Program-made: the position numbers and the translations under genes | In this document: positions 10,483-22,667 of the stretch, in pieces | How the letters are laid out: each line of letters opens with the position of its first letter | Position numbering within the stretch: position 1 is the first letter of the stretch | The notes under the pieces: generated by a model | The model's input: only the letters and a program-made list of their open reading frames with translations | Databases searched by the model: none | What the model was told of the DNA's origin: nothing | NCBI GenBank assembly: GCA_905478415.1 | Contig: CAJQIG010000004.1 | Span: 11,523-75,522, forward strand | Reading direction: 5' to 3' | DNA from: an uncultured Patescibacteria group bacterium | GTDB taxonomy: Bacteria > Patescibacteriota > Microgenomatia > UBA1400 > PJMF01 | Length of the DNA stretch: 64,000 nucleotides

Positions 10483-12615
10483 TTATGCTGTTTTTTGCTC
10501 CGCTTTAATTTTTTCCGTAATACTTGTTGGAACAGGCTCATAGTGACTTGGAATCATCACTGATGATGCGCGTCCCTTACTCATACTTCGAAGTATTGTC
10601 ACATATCCCTGCATTTCTGCAAGTGGAGCAAGTGCCTTAATAATAACTACATTATTTCGGTTTACCGAGCCTTGGATTTGTGCTCGACGTGATCCAAGAT
10701 CACCGATAACATCTCCCATATACTCTTCTGGAGTAGTTACTTCCATCTGCATCACTGGCTCAAGCAGAACCATACCTGCTTCAGCTGTTGCATTTCTCAT
10801 AGCCAATGAACCAGCCATCTTAAAAGCAATTTCACTTGAGTCAACATCATGGTATGAACCATCATAGAGAGTAACCTTAACATCAACCATTGGGTATCCA
10901 GCTAAGAAACCACGCTCCATAGCTTCACTAATACCTTTATCTGTTGGTTTAATGAACTCTCTCGGAACAACACCGCCAGTAATAGCATTTTCAAATTCGT
11001 ATCCAGTACCACGCTCTGTTGGTTCAATACGAATATACACGTGACCATACTGTCCACGCCCACCACTTTGTTTGATGTACTTACCTTCAGCTTGGGCTTC
11101 TTTAGTAATCGTTTCACGATAGGCAACTTGAGGAGCACCGATGTTTGCATCGACCTTGAACTCACGCTTCATACGATCAATTAAAATTTCTAAATGTAAC
11201 TCACCCATACCGCCAATAATAGTTTGTCCAGTATCTGGGTTCGATTTAATACTATAGGTAGGATCTTCATCTAAAAACTTTGCAAGCGCCATACCCATTT
11301 TTTCTTGGTCTGACTTTGTCTTTGGTTCAATTGCTAACGAAATCACAGGATCAGCAAAGGTGATACCTTCAAGTATAATTGGGTTTTCTTGTTCACAAAT
11401 TGTGTCACCAGTTTTAGTAGCTTTAAGACCAACGAGTGCAACAATTTCACCAGCTCGAGCTTCCTCAATTTCTTCTCGCTCATTAGCATGCATCAAAAGA
11501 ATACGACCAACACGTTCTTTTTCTCCTCTGACCGAGTTGTAAATATAGCTACCAGCTTTAATCACACCAGAGTACACACGAGTATATGTCAACTTACCAA
11601 CATGTGGATCAGTTTGAATTTTGAAAGAAAGTGCGCTCATTTTTTCTGCTGGAACTAATTGGCGAGTTTCTTCTTCGCCAGTTTTTGGATGTTCACCAGT
11701 AATGTGATCGATGTCTACAGGAGAAGGAAGATACTCAACAACGGCATCAAGCATTGGTTGCACACCTGTATTCTTCAGTGAAGAACCGGCATACATTGGC
11801 ACCAATTTATATCCGATCACAGCTTTACGAAGAGATGCTTTCAAAACATCAATCTCAATTTCCTCACCACTGAAGAATTTTTCAAGTAAGGCATCATCAG
11901 TTTCAGCAATAGCTTCGACTAACTCAGCTCTGAGCTCTTCAGCTCGGGCAGCATATTCTTCAGGAATTTCTCGAACTTCTGGTTCTGTATCAGCAGCATT
12001 GTCTTTCCAGTAGAGAGCTTTTCTCTCAAGCAGCTGAATGACACCTCTAAAGTCATTTTCAGCTCCCATCGGGAGTACCATGACTGCAGGTTTAACACCA
12101 AATTTATCAATGACATCTTGCACTGTTGCAAAAAAGTCAGCACCCAATTTATCCATTTTATTTACAAAAACGATACGAGGCACATTATACTTATCTGCTT
12201 GTCTCCAAACAGTTTCTGACTGAGACTGTACACCTTCACTTGCGTCAAGAACAGTTACTCCTCCGTCAAGAACACGGAGAGAACGCTCCACTTCAGCAGT
12301 GAAATCAACGTGACCAGGAGTATCAATAATATTAAAGCGATATGACTCTTTTGAGAGATGCACATCAAAGTGAGGAGTCCAGAAGGTGGTTGTTGCAGCT
12401 GAAACGATGGTAATTCCACGTTCCTGTTCCTGTTCCATCCAATCCATAGTGGCAGCACCATCATGTACTTCACCAATTTTATAGGTACGTCCAGTGAAAT
12501 ATAAAATACGCTCGGTGGTGGTAGTCTTACCAGCATCAATATGCGCAATAATTCCAATGTTTCGAATTCGCTCTAGAGGGATTTTATTTCTACCCTTATT
12601 TTGATCACTTGCCAT
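10483..12615 (-). CDS. fusA: Elongation factor G
   Basis: [32 protein letters not shown]; ATG at 12615 has AGGA RBS. Confidence 0.98.
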   Translation of the reverse strand: MASDQNKGRNKIPLERIRNIGIIAHIDAGKTTTTERILYFTGRTYKIGEVHDGAATMDWMEQEQERGITIVSAATTTFWTPHFDVHLSKESYRFNIIDTPGHVDFTAEVERSLRVLDGGVTVLDASEGVQSQSETVWRQADKYNVPRIVFVNKMDKLGADFFATVQDVIDKFGVKPAVMVLPMGAENDFRGVIQLLERKALYWKDNAADTEPEVREIPEEYAARAEELRAELVEAIAETDDALLEKFFSGEEIEIDVLKASLRKAVIGYKLVPMYAGSSLKNTGVQPMLDAVVEYLPSPVDIDHITGEHPKTGEEETRQLVPAEKMSALSFKIQTDPHVGKLTYTRVYSGVIKAGSYIYNSVRGEKERVGRILLMHANEREEIEEARAGEIVALVGLKATKTGDTICEQENPIILEGITFADPVISLAIEPKTKSDQEKMGMALAKFLDEDPTYSIKSNPDTGQTIIGGMGELHLEILIDRMKREFKVDANIGAPQVAYRETITKEAQAEGKYIKQSGGRGQYGHVYIRIEPTERGTGYEFENAITGGVVPREFIKPTDKGISEAMERGFLAGYPMVDVKVTLYDGSYHDVDSSEIAFKMAGSLAMRNATAEAGMVLLEPVMQMEVTTPEEYMGDVIGDLGSRRAQIQGSVNRNNVVIIKALAPLAEMQGYVTILRSMSKGRASSVMIPSHYEPVPTSITEKIKAEQKTA

Positions 12616-12729
12616 AAGTATGTTCCTATTATTTATTTTTTGCTTTAAATCCAAGAAAAGCCCGAATCGTAGGACTTTTCTTTTTTGTCTTAACAGACTA
12701 CTACTATATCAGATTTTACCTCTACAGTA

Positions 12730-13206
12730 CTACCATCTAAAGTGAGCAAAAGCCTTGTTGGCTTCGGCCATACGATGTGAGGTATTTCTACGATTAACTG
12801 CTCCACCCTGCTCACTAAGAGCATCTAACATTTCTGCAGCAAGTTTCTCACCAAAGGTGTGATACTGCTTGTTCGGTCGTTTGTTAGCTTCAAGTACCAA
12901 CCATCTGAGGGCCAATGCAAAACCACGACGTGGCTTAACTGGCATTGGAACCTGATATGCTGCACCACCAACACGGCGAGAACGAACTTCCATCTGAGGA
13001 GTAATAACTCGAAGCACTTCTTCGAAAGCTTCAACTGGTTTTTTACCAGTAGCTTCGCCAAGTTTCTCAAGAGCGATATAGACCTGCTTTTGAGCTACTG
13101 TCTTTTTTCCGTCATTCATGACGTAATTTACGAGTTTTGTAACTTTAGTCGATCCATATTTTCCATCTGGATCTGGTTTTCTAATTTGAGCTTTTTTTGT
13201 TCTCAT
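12730..13206 (-). CDS. rpsG: 30S ribosomal protein S7
   Basis: DGKKTVA, SRRVGGAAYQVP, MAEANKAFAHFRW. Confidence 0.98.
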   Translation of the reverse strand: MRTKKAQIRKPDPDGKYGSTKVTKLVNYVMNDGKKTVAQKQVYIALEKLGEATGKKPVEAFEEVLRVITPQMEVRSRRVGGAAYQVPMPVKPRRGFALALRWLVLEANKRPNKQYHTFGEKLAAEMLDALSEQGGAVNRRNTSHRMAEANKAFAHFRW

Positions 13207-13263
13207 GATACTTTCTTCTCCATTCTAGCGAATGAATACTTTCATGAATATGAAATTAGAATC

Positions 13264-13677
13264 TTATGATTCTTTTTTCACACCATACTTACTTCTACTT
13301 GTTTTTCTGTTTGCAACACCAGCACAATCATACTTACCACGAACGACATGATACTTCACACCAGGTAAATCTTTGACTCTACCACCTCGAACTAACACAA
13401 CACTGTGTTCTGCTAGATTGTGACCTTCACCTTGAATATAAGCAGTTACCTCCATCTTATTAGAAAGACGAACACGAGCTACCTTACGGAGAGCCGAGTT
13501 AGGTTTCTTAGGGGTCATGGTCTTAACGACAGTACAAACACCACGCTTCTGAGGGTTAGTGGTTTTAACTTGCTTTGAGCTATTAGTGTTATAACTTCTG
13601 CGTAAAGCTGCTGCTTTCACACGTTTTTTCTTGTCGGTTCGTCCACCCTTACGGATTAACTGATTAATTGTAGGCAT
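13264..13677 (-). CDS. rpsL: 30S ribosomal protein S12
   Basis: [28 protein letters not shown]. Confidence 0.99.
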   Translation of the reverse strand: MPTINQLIRKGGRTDKKKRVKAAALRRSYNTNSSKQVKTTNPQKRGVCTVVKTMTPKKPNSALRKVARVRLSNKMEVTAYIQGEGHNLAEHSVVLVRGGRVKDLPGVKYHVVRGKYDCAGVANRKTSRSKYGVKKES

Positions 13678-13723
13678 AGTGTTTCTGGTATCTTCTTACT
13701 TTCTATATTTTTCGTGAGCTGTG

Positions 13724-13732
13724 ATTATATCA
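13724..13732 (-). promoter_or_regulatory. Extended -10 promoter of the str operon
   Basis: TGaTATAAT on minus strand ~47 nt upstream of rpsL. Confidence 0.65.
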
Positions 13733-13737
13733 TAGGC

Positions 13738-13776
13738 TTGGGGCAAATAAAGTCCTGATTTGCCCCAACCTTTTTT
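13738..13776. terminator. Hairpin between rpoC and rpsL
   Basis: TTGGGGCAAAT/ATTTGCCCCAA inverted repeat; T-tract lies on the + strand side, so orientation is uncertain. Confidence 0.55.
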
Positions 13777-13786
13777 ATGTGCTTTT

Positions 13787-16700
13787 TTAGACTTCAATTT
13801 CAGCTCTTTCTTTACTGGTTGGAATCAACCGACCAATAATCACGTTTTCTTTGAGTCCCTCGAGATAGTCGACGGCTCCAGAACTTGCAGCATTGGTCAA
13901 GACATTCTTTGTGTGTTGGAATGAAGCAGCTGATAACCAAGAACTGGTAAAGAGTGATGATCGAGTAATACCTAAGAACAAGACTTTAGCAGTTGCAGGT
14001 TCACCACCAGCAGCCATAGCTTCATCGTTGAACTGAATAAACTTAGCTTTTTCAACAACTTCACCTGTTAAGAAGTCAGTATCTCCCGAAGATTCAATTT
14101 GAACTTTGTCACTCATTTTTCTAAGGATAACTTCAAAGTGTTTGTCATGAATTGGAATACCTTGTGACTCATACACCGCCTGTACTTGATCAATCAAGTA
14201 CTGTTGAGTAGTGAGTAATCCAGCAACCTGCATCAGCTCTTTAACATTGATTGAACCAGCAGTGAGTTGAGATCCTGTTCCAACTAAGTCACCATTGGCA
14301 ACTAACAGTGGAGTGTTCTCTGACACAGTATAGACAACTTCTTCTGATGGAGAACCAGTGCTTCTGACTTTGATCTCGACGGCTTCATCTTCTCTTGAGA
14401 GAGAAATTTTACCTGAAATCTCAGAGATAAGTGCTTGAGATTTTGGGTTTCTCACTTCGAGCAGTTCTTCCACACGAGGCAAACCTTGTGTCACGTCACC
14501 TCCGACGATACCACCTTTATGCTTCGTACGCATAGTTAGCTGAGTACCAGGTTCACCGATCGACTGAGCAGCAACGATTCCAACTGGAACACCAATCTCG
14601 ATCTGTTTGCGAGTTGAGAAGTCCCAACCGTAACACTTACGACACATTCCCTTTGGAGCTTCACAAGTGAGTGGTGACCTAACGGCAATCCCATCAAGCT
14701 CAGCTGCATCAATATCAGCAGCTAACTCGGCAGTAATCATTTCGCCAGCAGCAACAAGAACTTTATTGCCTTTTTTGACGTCAAGAGCTGCGAGTCTACC
14801 GGTAATACGATTTGCAAAGACATCTCCTCGTTTGTTTCTGAAGATTTCAATATACTTGTCCGTGCCACACTCGTCCATACGAGTAATCACATCATGAGAT
14901 ACGTCACAGAGTCTTCGAGTCAGATACCCAGCATCAGCAGTTTTAATAGCTGAATCAGTCAATCCTTTTCGAGAACCACGAGCTGAAGTCACATATTCGA
15001 AAATCGATAACCCTTCGCGGAAGTTAGACTTAGTCGGCATTTCCACAATGTTTCCAAGTGGATCAACAACCAGTCCACGCATAGCGGCTAGCTGCTTCAC
15101 CTGATCTTTAGAAGCACGAGTACCACCTGATTCGATGATAACCTTAACGGCATTTTTCTCGTCATATGAGTTCCATGTTTTCTCGGCAATTTCATCAGTG
15201 GTATCAATCCAAACATCAAAAGCTAGACGCTTGCGTTCTTCGCCAGCAATCATACCCTCAAAGTATTGTTCTTGAATCTGCTCCACCTTTTTATTTGCTT
15301 CTTCGATAATTTCATCCTTGTTAGTGATCATTTCACAATCAGGAACTGAAACTGAAAGACCTGAAATCGTTGCAGCTCTGAACCCAAGATCCTTGATAGC
15401 ATCGATCAGTTTGGTGATATTTTCACTGGTATCAACTTTAATAACGTCAGTAACTAAGGTCTTGATCTTCTTGGCTGAAATTGCTTCATTCATGTAGTCA
15501 TACGTTTTTGGCAGTAACTCATTGAACTCAAGTCTCCCGATAGTTGTCTCAACAACTGGACCACTTGGCAAACGAACATCAATTGGCTGTCGCAACTTAA
15601 CGATTCCAACCTGGAAAGCATGGTAAGCTTCATCTCTTGAAGAGAAAACTGCTGGAAATTTCTCAATATCTGTATCAACAACTGTATGATAGTAGACACC
15701 CATAGCCATTTCCTTATTAGGAATGGTAATTGGTTCACCATTAGCTGGCTTCAAAAGATTTTTTGTAGCCATCATCAGCTCTTCAGCTTCTCGACGTGCT
15801 TCCTTAGTCAAAGGAATATGAACAGCCATTTGGTCACCATCAAAGTCAGCATTGTAACCTGAACAAACTGCAGGGTGTAAACGAATAGCATTTCCCTCAA
15901 TTAAAGTCGGGAAAAAGGCCTGCATACCAAGCTTATGGAGCGTTGGTGCACGGTTCAAGATAACAGGATGATTGGCGGTAACCTCTTCGAGAATACCGTA
16001 GACAACTGGTTCGCGTCGATCAATTAAGTGACGAGCACTCTTAACGTTAGGAGCAATGCCCTTAGTAATTAATTCACGAAGTACATATGGCTTAAACATT
16101 TCGAGCGCCATGTCTTTTGGAAGACCACACTCGTTAAGTTTGAGTTCTGGACCAACAACGATAACTGAACGTCCGGAATAGTCAACACGTTTACCCAAAA
16201 GATTTTGACGGAAACGACCTTGCTTACCCTTCAGCATCTCTGAGAGAGATTTAAGAGGACGTCGGTTAGAACGTCGGCGAGATTGTCGGGCACCACTACT
16301 ATCGATCAAAGAATCAACAGCCTCTTGGAGCATACGCTTTTCGTTACGCAAAATGATTTCCGGAGCACCTAAATCAATCAAGTGCTTCAAACGGTTGTTA
16401 CGGTTGATAACTCTTCTGTATAAGTCGTTCAAATCGGAAGTTGCAAAGCGTCCACCCGAAAGTTGTACCATCGGACGTAGATCTGGTGGAATAACGGGAA
16501 GGATTGTTTGGAACATCCATTCTGGTCTAATATCGGCCTTACGAAGTCCCTCAGCAACTCTAAGTCTCTTAGTAGCTTTGAGCCTGCGAGCACCCTTACC
16601 TTCAGCGATCTCTTCACGCAGTCGTGCGACAATTTCATCAAGATCAATTTGTTGAACCATTTCGAGAATTGCTTCCGCACCCATGCCAACACGGAGATGA

Positions 16701-17473
16701 TCAATAGCATCATACTCATCGAGTTTGAGGTATTCATCCTCGGTCAGGATAGTTCCACGGCCAATCTTCTTAACCATAGTTTTAACTTGTTTGAAAATCT
16801 CTGCTGTCTGCTCAAGTTGCACTTCAAGCTGCTGCTTAAGACCTACAAGTTTATTCTTAGCTTTCAAATCTAACTCTGTAATTTTAAGTTGCAGTGTTTC
16901 TTTGTTGGAAACTTTCTCTTTAAGATGAGCGGTGTCAGCTACTAATGTATCCTTAACCTCTTCCATCTGCTTTTTAGCTGTGGCTTTGAGTTCATCTTGC
17001 TGTGCAATTAAATCAACATCAAGTTGTTCCATTACAGCTGTCTTTTCATCAGCTGCAACCTCAAGTACTAAGTACTTTGAAAAGTAGATAATCGAACTCA
17101 AGTTACGAGGTGAAATATCTAAAAGAAGTGATAACTTCGAAGGTGCACCCTTGAAAAACCAAATATGAGCAACAGGAGCTGCAAGTGAAATGTGTCCCAT
17201 ACGTTCACGACGTACTTTAGACTGAGTGACTTCAACACCACATTTGTCACAAATAATTCCTTTATAACGAATTCGCTTGTACTTTCCACAATAACATTCG
17301 TAGTCTTTGATCGGTCCAAAGATCTTCTCATCGAAAAGTCCATCTTTTTCTGCTTTCAAAGAACGATAGTTAATAGTTTCTGGTTTCTTAACTTCTCCAT
17401 GTGACCAAGATTTAATAGTCTCTGGTGAAGCAATTCTGATTTCTAGTGCTGAAAAGTTAGTAATATTTTTCAT
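13787..17473 (-). CDS. rpoC: RNA polymerase beta' subunit
   Basis: Zn finger CYCGKYK..CDKC, catalytic [18 protein letters not shown]; start at 17473 with AAGGA RBS. Confidence 0.99.
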   Translation of the reverse strand: MKNITNFSALEIRIASPETIKSWSHGEVKKPETINYRSLKAEKDGLFDEKIFGPIKDYECYCGKYKRIRYKGIICDKCGVEVTQSKVRRERMGHISLAAPVAHIWFFKGAPSKLSLLLDISPRNLSSIIYFSKYLVLEVAADEKTAVMEQLDVDLIAQQDELKATAKKQMEEVKDTLVADTAHLKEKVSNKETLQLKITELDLKAKNKLVGLKQQLEVQLEQTAEIFKQVKTMVKKIGRGTILTEDEYLKLDEYDAIDHLRVGMGAEAILEMVQQIDLDEIVARLREEIAEGKGARRLKATKRLRVAEGLRKADIRPEWMFQTILPVIPPDLRPMVQLSGGRFATSDLNDLYRRVINRNNRLKHLIDLGAPEIILRNEKRMLQEAVDSLIDSSGARQSRRRSNRRPLKSLSEMLKGKQGRFRQNLLGKRVDYSGRSVIVVGPELKLNECGLPKDMALEMFKPYVLRELITKGIAPNVKSARHLIDRREPVVYGILEEVTANHPVILNRAPTLHKLGMQAFFPTLIEGNAIRLHPAVCSGYNADFDGDQMAVHIPLTKEARREAEELMMATKNLLKPANGEPITIPNKEMAMGVYYHTVVDTDIEKFPAVFSSRDEAYHAFQVGIVKLRQPIDVRLPSGPVVETTIGRLEFNELLPKTYDYMNEAISAKKIKTLVTDVIKVDTSENITKLIDAIKDLGFRAATISGLSVSVPDCEMITNKDEIIEEANKKVEQIQEQYFEGMIAGEERKRLAFDVWIDTTDEIAEKTWNSYDEKNAVKVIIESGGTRASKDQVKQLAAMRGLVVDPLGNIVEMPTKSNFREGLSIFEYVTSARGSRKGLTDSAIKTADAGYLTRRLCDVSHDVITRMDECGTDKYIEIFRNKRGDVFANRITGRLAALDVKKGNKVLVAAGEMITAELAADIDAAELDGIAVRSPLTCEAPKGMCRKCYGWDFSTRKQIEIGVPVGIVAAQSIGEPGTQLTMRTKHKGGIVGGDVTQGLPRVEELLEVRNPKSQALISEISGKISLSREDEAVEIKVRSTGSPSEEVVYTVSENTPLLVANGDLVGTGSQLTAGSINVKELMQVAGLLTTQQYLIDQVQAVYESQGIPIHDKHFEVILRKMSDKVQIESSGDTDFLTGEVVEKAKFIQFNDEAMAAGGEPATAKVLFLGITRSSLFTSSWLSAASFQHTKNVLTNAASSGAVDYLEGLKENVIIGRLIPTSKERAEIEV

Positions 17474-17483
17474 ATGTGTTTCC

Positions 17484-20400
17484 TTATGCCTCGTCCTCTT
17501 CATCAGTACTTGCTAACTCTGGATCTTCTGAAGCATCTTCATCGTCGTCTAAAAGATCAACATCAGTGTCTTCTTCATCTTCGGAACTTTCTTCTTCTGC
17601 ATCCTCTGCTTCTGAAGTTGCTGCAAGTTCGGCAATTTCTTCTGGGGTGAGAGCTTCTGGTTCTTCGATTATCTCTTCTTCTTCAGATTCATGAGGAACT
17701 ACATCGAGTCCAAGAGAGTTGAGCTCTCGCATCAACACTCTGAAACCTTCTGGGACTGTCGGAGCTGGAATATCCAGACCCTTCACAATTGCTTCAAAGG
17801 CCTTAGCTCTTCCCATAACGTCATCAGATTTAATCGTCAACATTTCTTGCAAGACATGCGCAGCTCTGTGTGCTTCAAGCGCCCAGACTTCCATTTCTCC
17901 CAAACGCTGTCCACCCATTTGAGCTTTTCCACCCAATGGCTGTTGTGTCACGAGAGAGTATGGACCAGTTGAACGAGCATGCATCTTATCTTCAACCATG
18001 TGTGAAAGTTTTAAGATGTAACTGATACCAACTGCGGTCTCTTCACTGAATTTTTCTCCGGTACGACCATCGTAGAGCTGTGCTTTACCATTAACTGGTA
18101 AACCAGCACGTCCGAGTTCATCCCAAATTTGCTGTTCGTCGAATGTTTCGAAAGCAGGAACGGCAATATTATATCCAAGTTTCTGAGCAGCCCATCCAGC
18201 ATGTGCTTCCAAAAGCTGTCCAAGGTTCATACGAGCCAAGACAGAAAGTGGAGAAATAATGATATCAACTGGAGATCCATCCTCTAAGTGAGGCATATCA
18301 GCAGCAGGAACAATTTTAGAAATAACACCTTTGTTACCATGACGTCCGGCCAACTTATCACCAACGGTGATTTTTCTCAGCTGTGCAACTTTGACAGTCA
18401 CCTCTTTTAAGGTTCCTGGATCAAGTTCGTCACCTAAATCGCTATCAAGAACTTGCACATCAATGACAATTCCTTGTTCACCGTGAGGCAAACGAGTTGA
18501 AGTGTCACGAACTTCTCGAGATTTTTCACCAAAGATTGCTCTCAGGAGTCTTTCTTCTGGAGTTAGTTCAGTCTCTCCCTTAGGAGCGATCTTACCAACC
18601 AAGATATCACCTGCACTGACCACGCTACCAACTCGGATAATTCCGTCTGGAGTTAAGTTAGAAAGGTACATTTCAGAAACATTAGGAATATCGTTTGTCA
18701 GCTCTTCTGGACCAAGTTTTGTATCCATAACTTTAGCTTTATGCTCATTAATCTGGATTGAAGATAAAACATCTTGCTTAACCAAGCGATCAGAAATCAC
18801 GATAGCATCTTCGTATCCCAAACCATCAAATGACGCGTACGCAATCAAAAGGTTTGAACCAAGAGCCAATTCTCCATGATCTGAGGCAGGTCCATCAATA
18901 ATGACATCACCGGCTTTAATCTTATCTCCAATTGCGACAATTGGTGACTGAGAGTAACAAGTACTTTGAGAAGTTCTCACAAATTTGTTTATAAAATAAG
19001 TTTCAGTTGAACCTTCAATGATAGAGACATCGTCATCAACAACAACATCCTTCAGCTTGGCAACTTCTTTTTTGTCTAAGGTAATAACAACTTTGTCGCC
19101 ATCAACATAAGAAACTACACCAGTTCTTCTGGCTGCAACCGTTCTACCCATTGAGAGAGCAACCGATTGTTCCATTCCCGTTCCAACAGTAGGAGCTTGA
19201 GGAGTAATAAGAGGAACCGCCTGACACTGCATATGCGTACCCATCAAAGCACGGTTCGCTTCATCATGAGCAATAAAAGGAATAAGTGAGGCTGAAGTTC
19301 CAATCACCTGTCGAGGAACGACATCGATGTACTGCACGTCTTCTGCATTACCTTCAATAAAGGTGTTCATGTGACGCATTGGAATCCATTCGTCTTCAAT
19401 AACACCATTACTATCAATATCGATACTGGCATGAGTAATCTTGTAGTCTTCTTCTTCGTCAGCACTCAGATAAATAACTTCGTTTTGAACAACCATCTTA
19501 CCCTTAACGTTCTTCACAGGACGGTATGGAGCCTCTAAAAAGCCAAAGTGATTTACTTTTGCATAGAGTGAAAGGTAGGTTACCAAACCAATGTTTGGAC
19601 CTTCTGGAGAACGAACAGGGTCAATTCTCGAGTACTGTGAAGCGTTAATATCACGCATTGAGAATGAAGCACGCTCACGAGTCACACCACCAGTACCCAT
19701 CACTGATAAACGTCGAAGGTTATCAATTTCTGAGAGTGGATTTGTTTGATCTAAAATTGTTGAAAGCCGGTTTCGTCTAAAAAATTCTGAAATAGTAGCA
19801 ATTAACGGACGTGCATTCACTAATGCAGCTGGACTCAAAACTTCATCAGTTTTAGTGAGCGACATTTTTTCACGGATTGATCGTTCTAAACGAATAAGAC
19901 CAATGCGGAACGCTGAATCCTGTACTAACTCGCCAATCTGGCGAACCCGTCGGTTACTCAAGTGGTCAATGTCATCTGTTTTACCAATACCATTCTGAAG
20001 TTTAATTAAGTAGAGAACAGTGTTGAGAATATCTTCTTTTGTAAGGATGGTTGTGTCACCATCAACATTTAAGCCGAGACGTCTGTTAAGTTTGTAACGA
20101 CCAACTCGGTCTAAGTTATAGCGTCGAGTATCAAAAAAGAGTTGCTTTAAGTATTCTTGAGCATTATCAAGAACGGCTGGCTCACCAGGACGCATCTTTT
20201 CATAAATTTCAATTAAGGCTTCTTCCTTAGTCTTAGTAGGGTCTTTTTTAATAGTATTTTCAACTAAATCAAATTCATCAACTTCGATAGCAGGTGCTAG
20301 GGCTTCCTTAAGTTCTTCATCGGTACTGTAGCCGATTGCTCTGAGAAGTACTGTGACTGGCATCTTACGACGACGATCAATCTTAACAGTAATAACATCT

Positions 20401-20921
20401 CGCTTGCCGACAGTGACTTCAATCCAAGAACCACGTTTTGGACGAAGTTCGGCAGTATAGAGTCTCTTACCAGTAGCAGAATCTGTTTCTCCAGAAAAAG
20501 AAGCTCCAGGAGCTCGAACTAACTGAGTTACCACTGCACGCTCAATACCATTCACAACAAAAGTACCAATTTGAGTCATTTTAGGCAAATCTCCGAGAAA
20601 AACTTCTTGTTTTTGCTCTTCACCTGTCTTCTTATTAACTAAAGTAGCCTCTACATAGAGAGGCATATCGTACGTAACTCCTTTAGTCTTTGCTTGTTCG
20701 ATTGTGTACTTTGACTTACCAAATCGATACTCACCAAATGAAAGCCTCCAGTTTTTACCAGTATAATCTTCAATTCCATGTTCACCATTAACCTCTAAAA
20801 GAGATCGGGTGATACCATTTTGTAGAAAATCTTCATAACTGTCCAACTGTAACTTAACGAGATTGAGCTCGGGGAGCACCTTATTATCAAATCCCCAATT
20901 CTGGCGAGTAACTTTAGGCAT
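17484..20921 (-). CDS. rpoB: RNA polymerase beta subunit with long acidic C-terminal tail
   Basis: [43 protein letters not shown]. Confidence 0.99.
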   Translation of the reverse strand: MPKVTRQNWGFDNKVLPELNLVKLQLDSYEDFLQNGITRSLLEVNGEHGIEDYTGKNWRLSFGEYRFGKSKYTIEQAKTKGVTYDMPLYVEATLVNKKTGEEQKQEVFLGDLPKMTQIGTFVVNGIERAVVTQLVRAPGASFSGETDSATGKRLYTAELRPKRGSWIEVTVGKRDVITVKIDRRRKMPVTVLLRAIGYSTDEELKEALAPAIEVDEFDLVENTIKKDPTKTKEEALIEIYEKMRPGEPAVLDNAQEYLKQLFFDTRRYNLDRVGRYKLNRRLGLNVDGDTTILTKEDILNTVLYLIKLQNGIGKTDDIDHLSNRRVRQIGELVQDSAFRIGLIRLERSIREKMSLTKTDEVLSPAALVNARPLIATISEFFRRNRLSTILDQTNPLSEIDNLRRLSVMGTGGVTRERASFSMRDINASQYSRIDPVRSPEGPNIGLVTYLSLYAKVNHFGFLEAPYRPVKNVKGKMVVQNEVIYLSADEEEDYKITHASIDIDSNGVIEDEWIPMRHMNTFIEGNAEDVQYIDVVPRQVIGTSASLIPFIAHDEANRALMGTHMQCQAVPLITPQAPTVGTGMEQSVALSMGRTVAARRTGVVSYVDGDKVVITLDKKEVAKLKDVVVDDDVSIIEGSTETYFINKFVRTSQSTCYSQSPIVAIGDKIKAGDVIIDGPASDHGELALGSNLLIAYASFDGLGYEDAIVISDRLVKQDVLSSIQINEHKAKVMDTKLGPEELTNDIPNVSEMYLSNLTPDGIIRVGSVVSAGDILVGKIAPKGETELTPEERLLRAIFGEKSREVRDTSTRLPHGEQGIVIDVQVLDSDLGDELDPGTLKEVTVKVAQLRKITVGDKLAGRHGNKGVISKIVPAADMPHLEDGSPVDIIISPLSVLARMNLGQLLEAHAGWAAQKLGYNIAVPAFETFDEQQIWDELGRAGLPVNGKAQLYDGRTGEKFSEETAVGISYILKLSHMVEDKMHARSTGPYSLVTQQPLGGKAQMGGQRLGEMEVWALEAHRAAHVLQEMLTIKSDDVMGRAKAFEAIVKGLDIPAPTVPEGFRVLMRELNSLGLDVVPHESEEEEIIEEPEALTPEEIAELAATSEAEDAEEESSEDEEDTDVDLLDDDEDASEDPELASTDEEDEA

Positions 20922-20969
20922 AGGTCGTCCTTCTCTAAACTATATTTGTTTGTTTTTGATACTTACTGA

Positions 20970-21174
20970 TTCAGTTGTACGCTACTTGTGTACAAAAGCG
21001 AGAAAAATAGAGTGAGGCAAAGAAGGGTGACACGCCTGGAAAATATCCAAATAGTGTGCCACGAAAAAGACAGAGAGACACTTGAGTGTGCTCTCTTTTA
21101 ACTTTTTATAACCGAAGTTTCTATGTTGCTTACGGTCAAGAAAAACCCTCGCTCTATATTTTTGTACAACTGAA
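20970..21174 (-). ncRNA. Putative structured 5' leader RNA of rpoB
   Basis: 11-bp closing stem 21164-21174/20970-20980, inner stem 21147-21157/21007-21017 and three internal hairpins; starts ~7 nt after the -10 box. Confidence 0.6.
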
Positions 21175-21180
21175 GAACTG

Positions 21181-21189
21181 ATTATAGCA
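21181..21189 (-). promoter_or_regulatory. Extended -10 promoter for rpoBC
   Basis: TGcTATAAT on minus strand. Confidence 0.7.
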
Positions 21190-21200
21190 ACAAAAAACCA

Positions 21201-22175
21201 CTAACGCAAGTATTTGTTTACGTTTTGGTTGTGCTCCTCTATAGTTGTAGCATAATACATGCTACCTGTCACGGGGTCATGAATATAAAACAGGTCATCT
21301 ACCTCAAGAGGATCAGCAGTTGCTCTCAGGGCATCGAGCCCCGGGTTACTGATCGGCCCAGGCGGCAGGCCAGGATTTTGATAGGTATTATAGGCAGAAA
21401 CTAGCTGCTTATCTGCTGAAAGGGGCGTTGGCCACCACTCACTTGGAGTTCCCTTTATATATTGCAACGTAGCATCAACTTGCAAAGCCATCCCAATATC
21501 GATTCTGTTCCAAAGGATACCGGCAACGTGACGCATTTGTTCTGGATCACGAGCTTCTCGCTGCACAATTGAAGCCATAACCAAAATATCCTCAAAATCT
21601 CGATCTGTAGCGGCCAGTTCATCGCTCAGCTTCGAAGTCATACGGGCTTCAAACGTATTCACTAACAAGAGCACTAGTGACTCTGCAGTCATTTCTCGAG
21701 GAATTAAGTAAGTATCTGGATAGAGTGTACCGTCATAGGCAGCCGCAGAATCTATGAATTCTTGAGCATCAAAGGCCGTCAGCTCCTCTTTTTTAGTAAG
21801 ATATGCTGCCATTTCTTCAGCTCGCCAACCCTCGAGCAAGGTAATCCACACATCCTCTGTACCTTGAGTCAGCGCTTGGGCAATCTCAACTGTACTCATG
21901 TTGGGAGAGAGTGAAAAAGAGCCTGCCTGAATTTTGGTACCCAAATCTTGTTGCACCACAACAGCCCTAAAAATAAGTGGATTTTTAATAAGTCCTGCTT
22001 CCGTCAAACGTTCTCCAATAGTGATAACGGCTTGGCCTTTTGGAATGATAAATGTTTGCGCCTGCCTTTCACCAGAAGAAACTGGTAAAAAGAGTGTGCG
22101 AATCCAAATAAAAGCCCCCAACAAGATAAACAAAAACCCAATGACTAGAGAAAAAATAACGTACTTTCTGTTCAT
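21201..22175 (-). CDS. mltG: Endolytic transglycosylase MltG
   Basis: N-terminal TM, ASIVQRE, LQVDAT, YNTYQNPGLPPGPISNPG. Confidence 0.95.
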   Translation of the reverse strand: MNRKYVIFSLVIGFLFILLGAFIWIRTLFLPVSSGERQAQTFIIPKGQAVITIGERLTEAGLIKNPLIFRAVVVQQDLGTKIQAGSFSLSPNMSTVEIAQALTQGTEDVWITLLEGWRAEEMAAYLTKKEELTAFDAQEFIDSAAAYDGTLYPDTYLIPREMTAESLVLLLVNTFEARMTSKLSDELAATDRDFEDILVMASIVQREARDPEQMRHVAGILWNRIDIGMALQVDATLQYIKGTPSEWWPTPLSADKQLVSAYNTYQNPGLPPGPISNPGLDALRATADPLEVDDLFYIHDPVTGSMYYATTIEEHNQNVNKYLR

Positions 22176-22642
22176 ATGGTATCACTAGCAACTTTACTTT
22201 GTTTTTTTTCTTGATTAATAAGTGCTTGCAAAAGATGTTCGGCAGAAGATAAATCATCAAATTTTTTCTGTTCTGCAGTCCTTTCTACAAAACCTTGCTG
22301 TCTGAAAGCATCTAGACTTGCAAGAATCTGCTTTCTCTCGTCAAGAAAGTATTGTATCTGTTCAGCAACAGGTCTTTGCTTCGATACACCACTATCACCA
22401 AGTTCACTTTCAAGTACAGCTAAGCGAGCTGCACCTTCTAAACCATCAAGTCCACCCTCGTCAAATAATCGCTCGTAAATTTTACTAATAGAGAGTTGAG
22501 ATTCAAACTGTTTTTGTTCATCAGATTCTGATGAAGGTTCCATACCTTCTGCTCTGAGTGACTCTAGTTCTTTCTGAATCTGGGCAAGTTGCGCTTCAGA
22601 CTGTGCCTGTAATGTCTGTTCAGTTGGACTGAATTCTTTCAT
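22172..22642 (-). CDS. Hypothetical helical protein with internal two-fold repeat
   Basis: 156-aa ORF; 4-nt ATGA overlap with mltG. Confidence 0.7.
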   Translation of the reverse strand: MKEFSPTEQTLQAQSEAQLAQIQKELESLRAEGMEPSSESDEQKQFESQLSISKIYERLFDEGGLDGLEGAARLAVLESELGDSGVSKQRPVAEQIQYFLDERKQILASLDAFRQQGFVERTAEQKKFDDLSSAEHLLQALINQEKKQSKVASDTI

Positions 22643-22667
22643 TTTTCTCTTTCACGTAACAAATTAC

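Noticed and set aside
20970-21174. tRNA or definite 6S RNA
   Set aside because: No TTCGA T-loop or CCA, and too long for a tRNA; a multi-hairpin interior is not the canonical 6S rod, so it is left as an unassigned leader.
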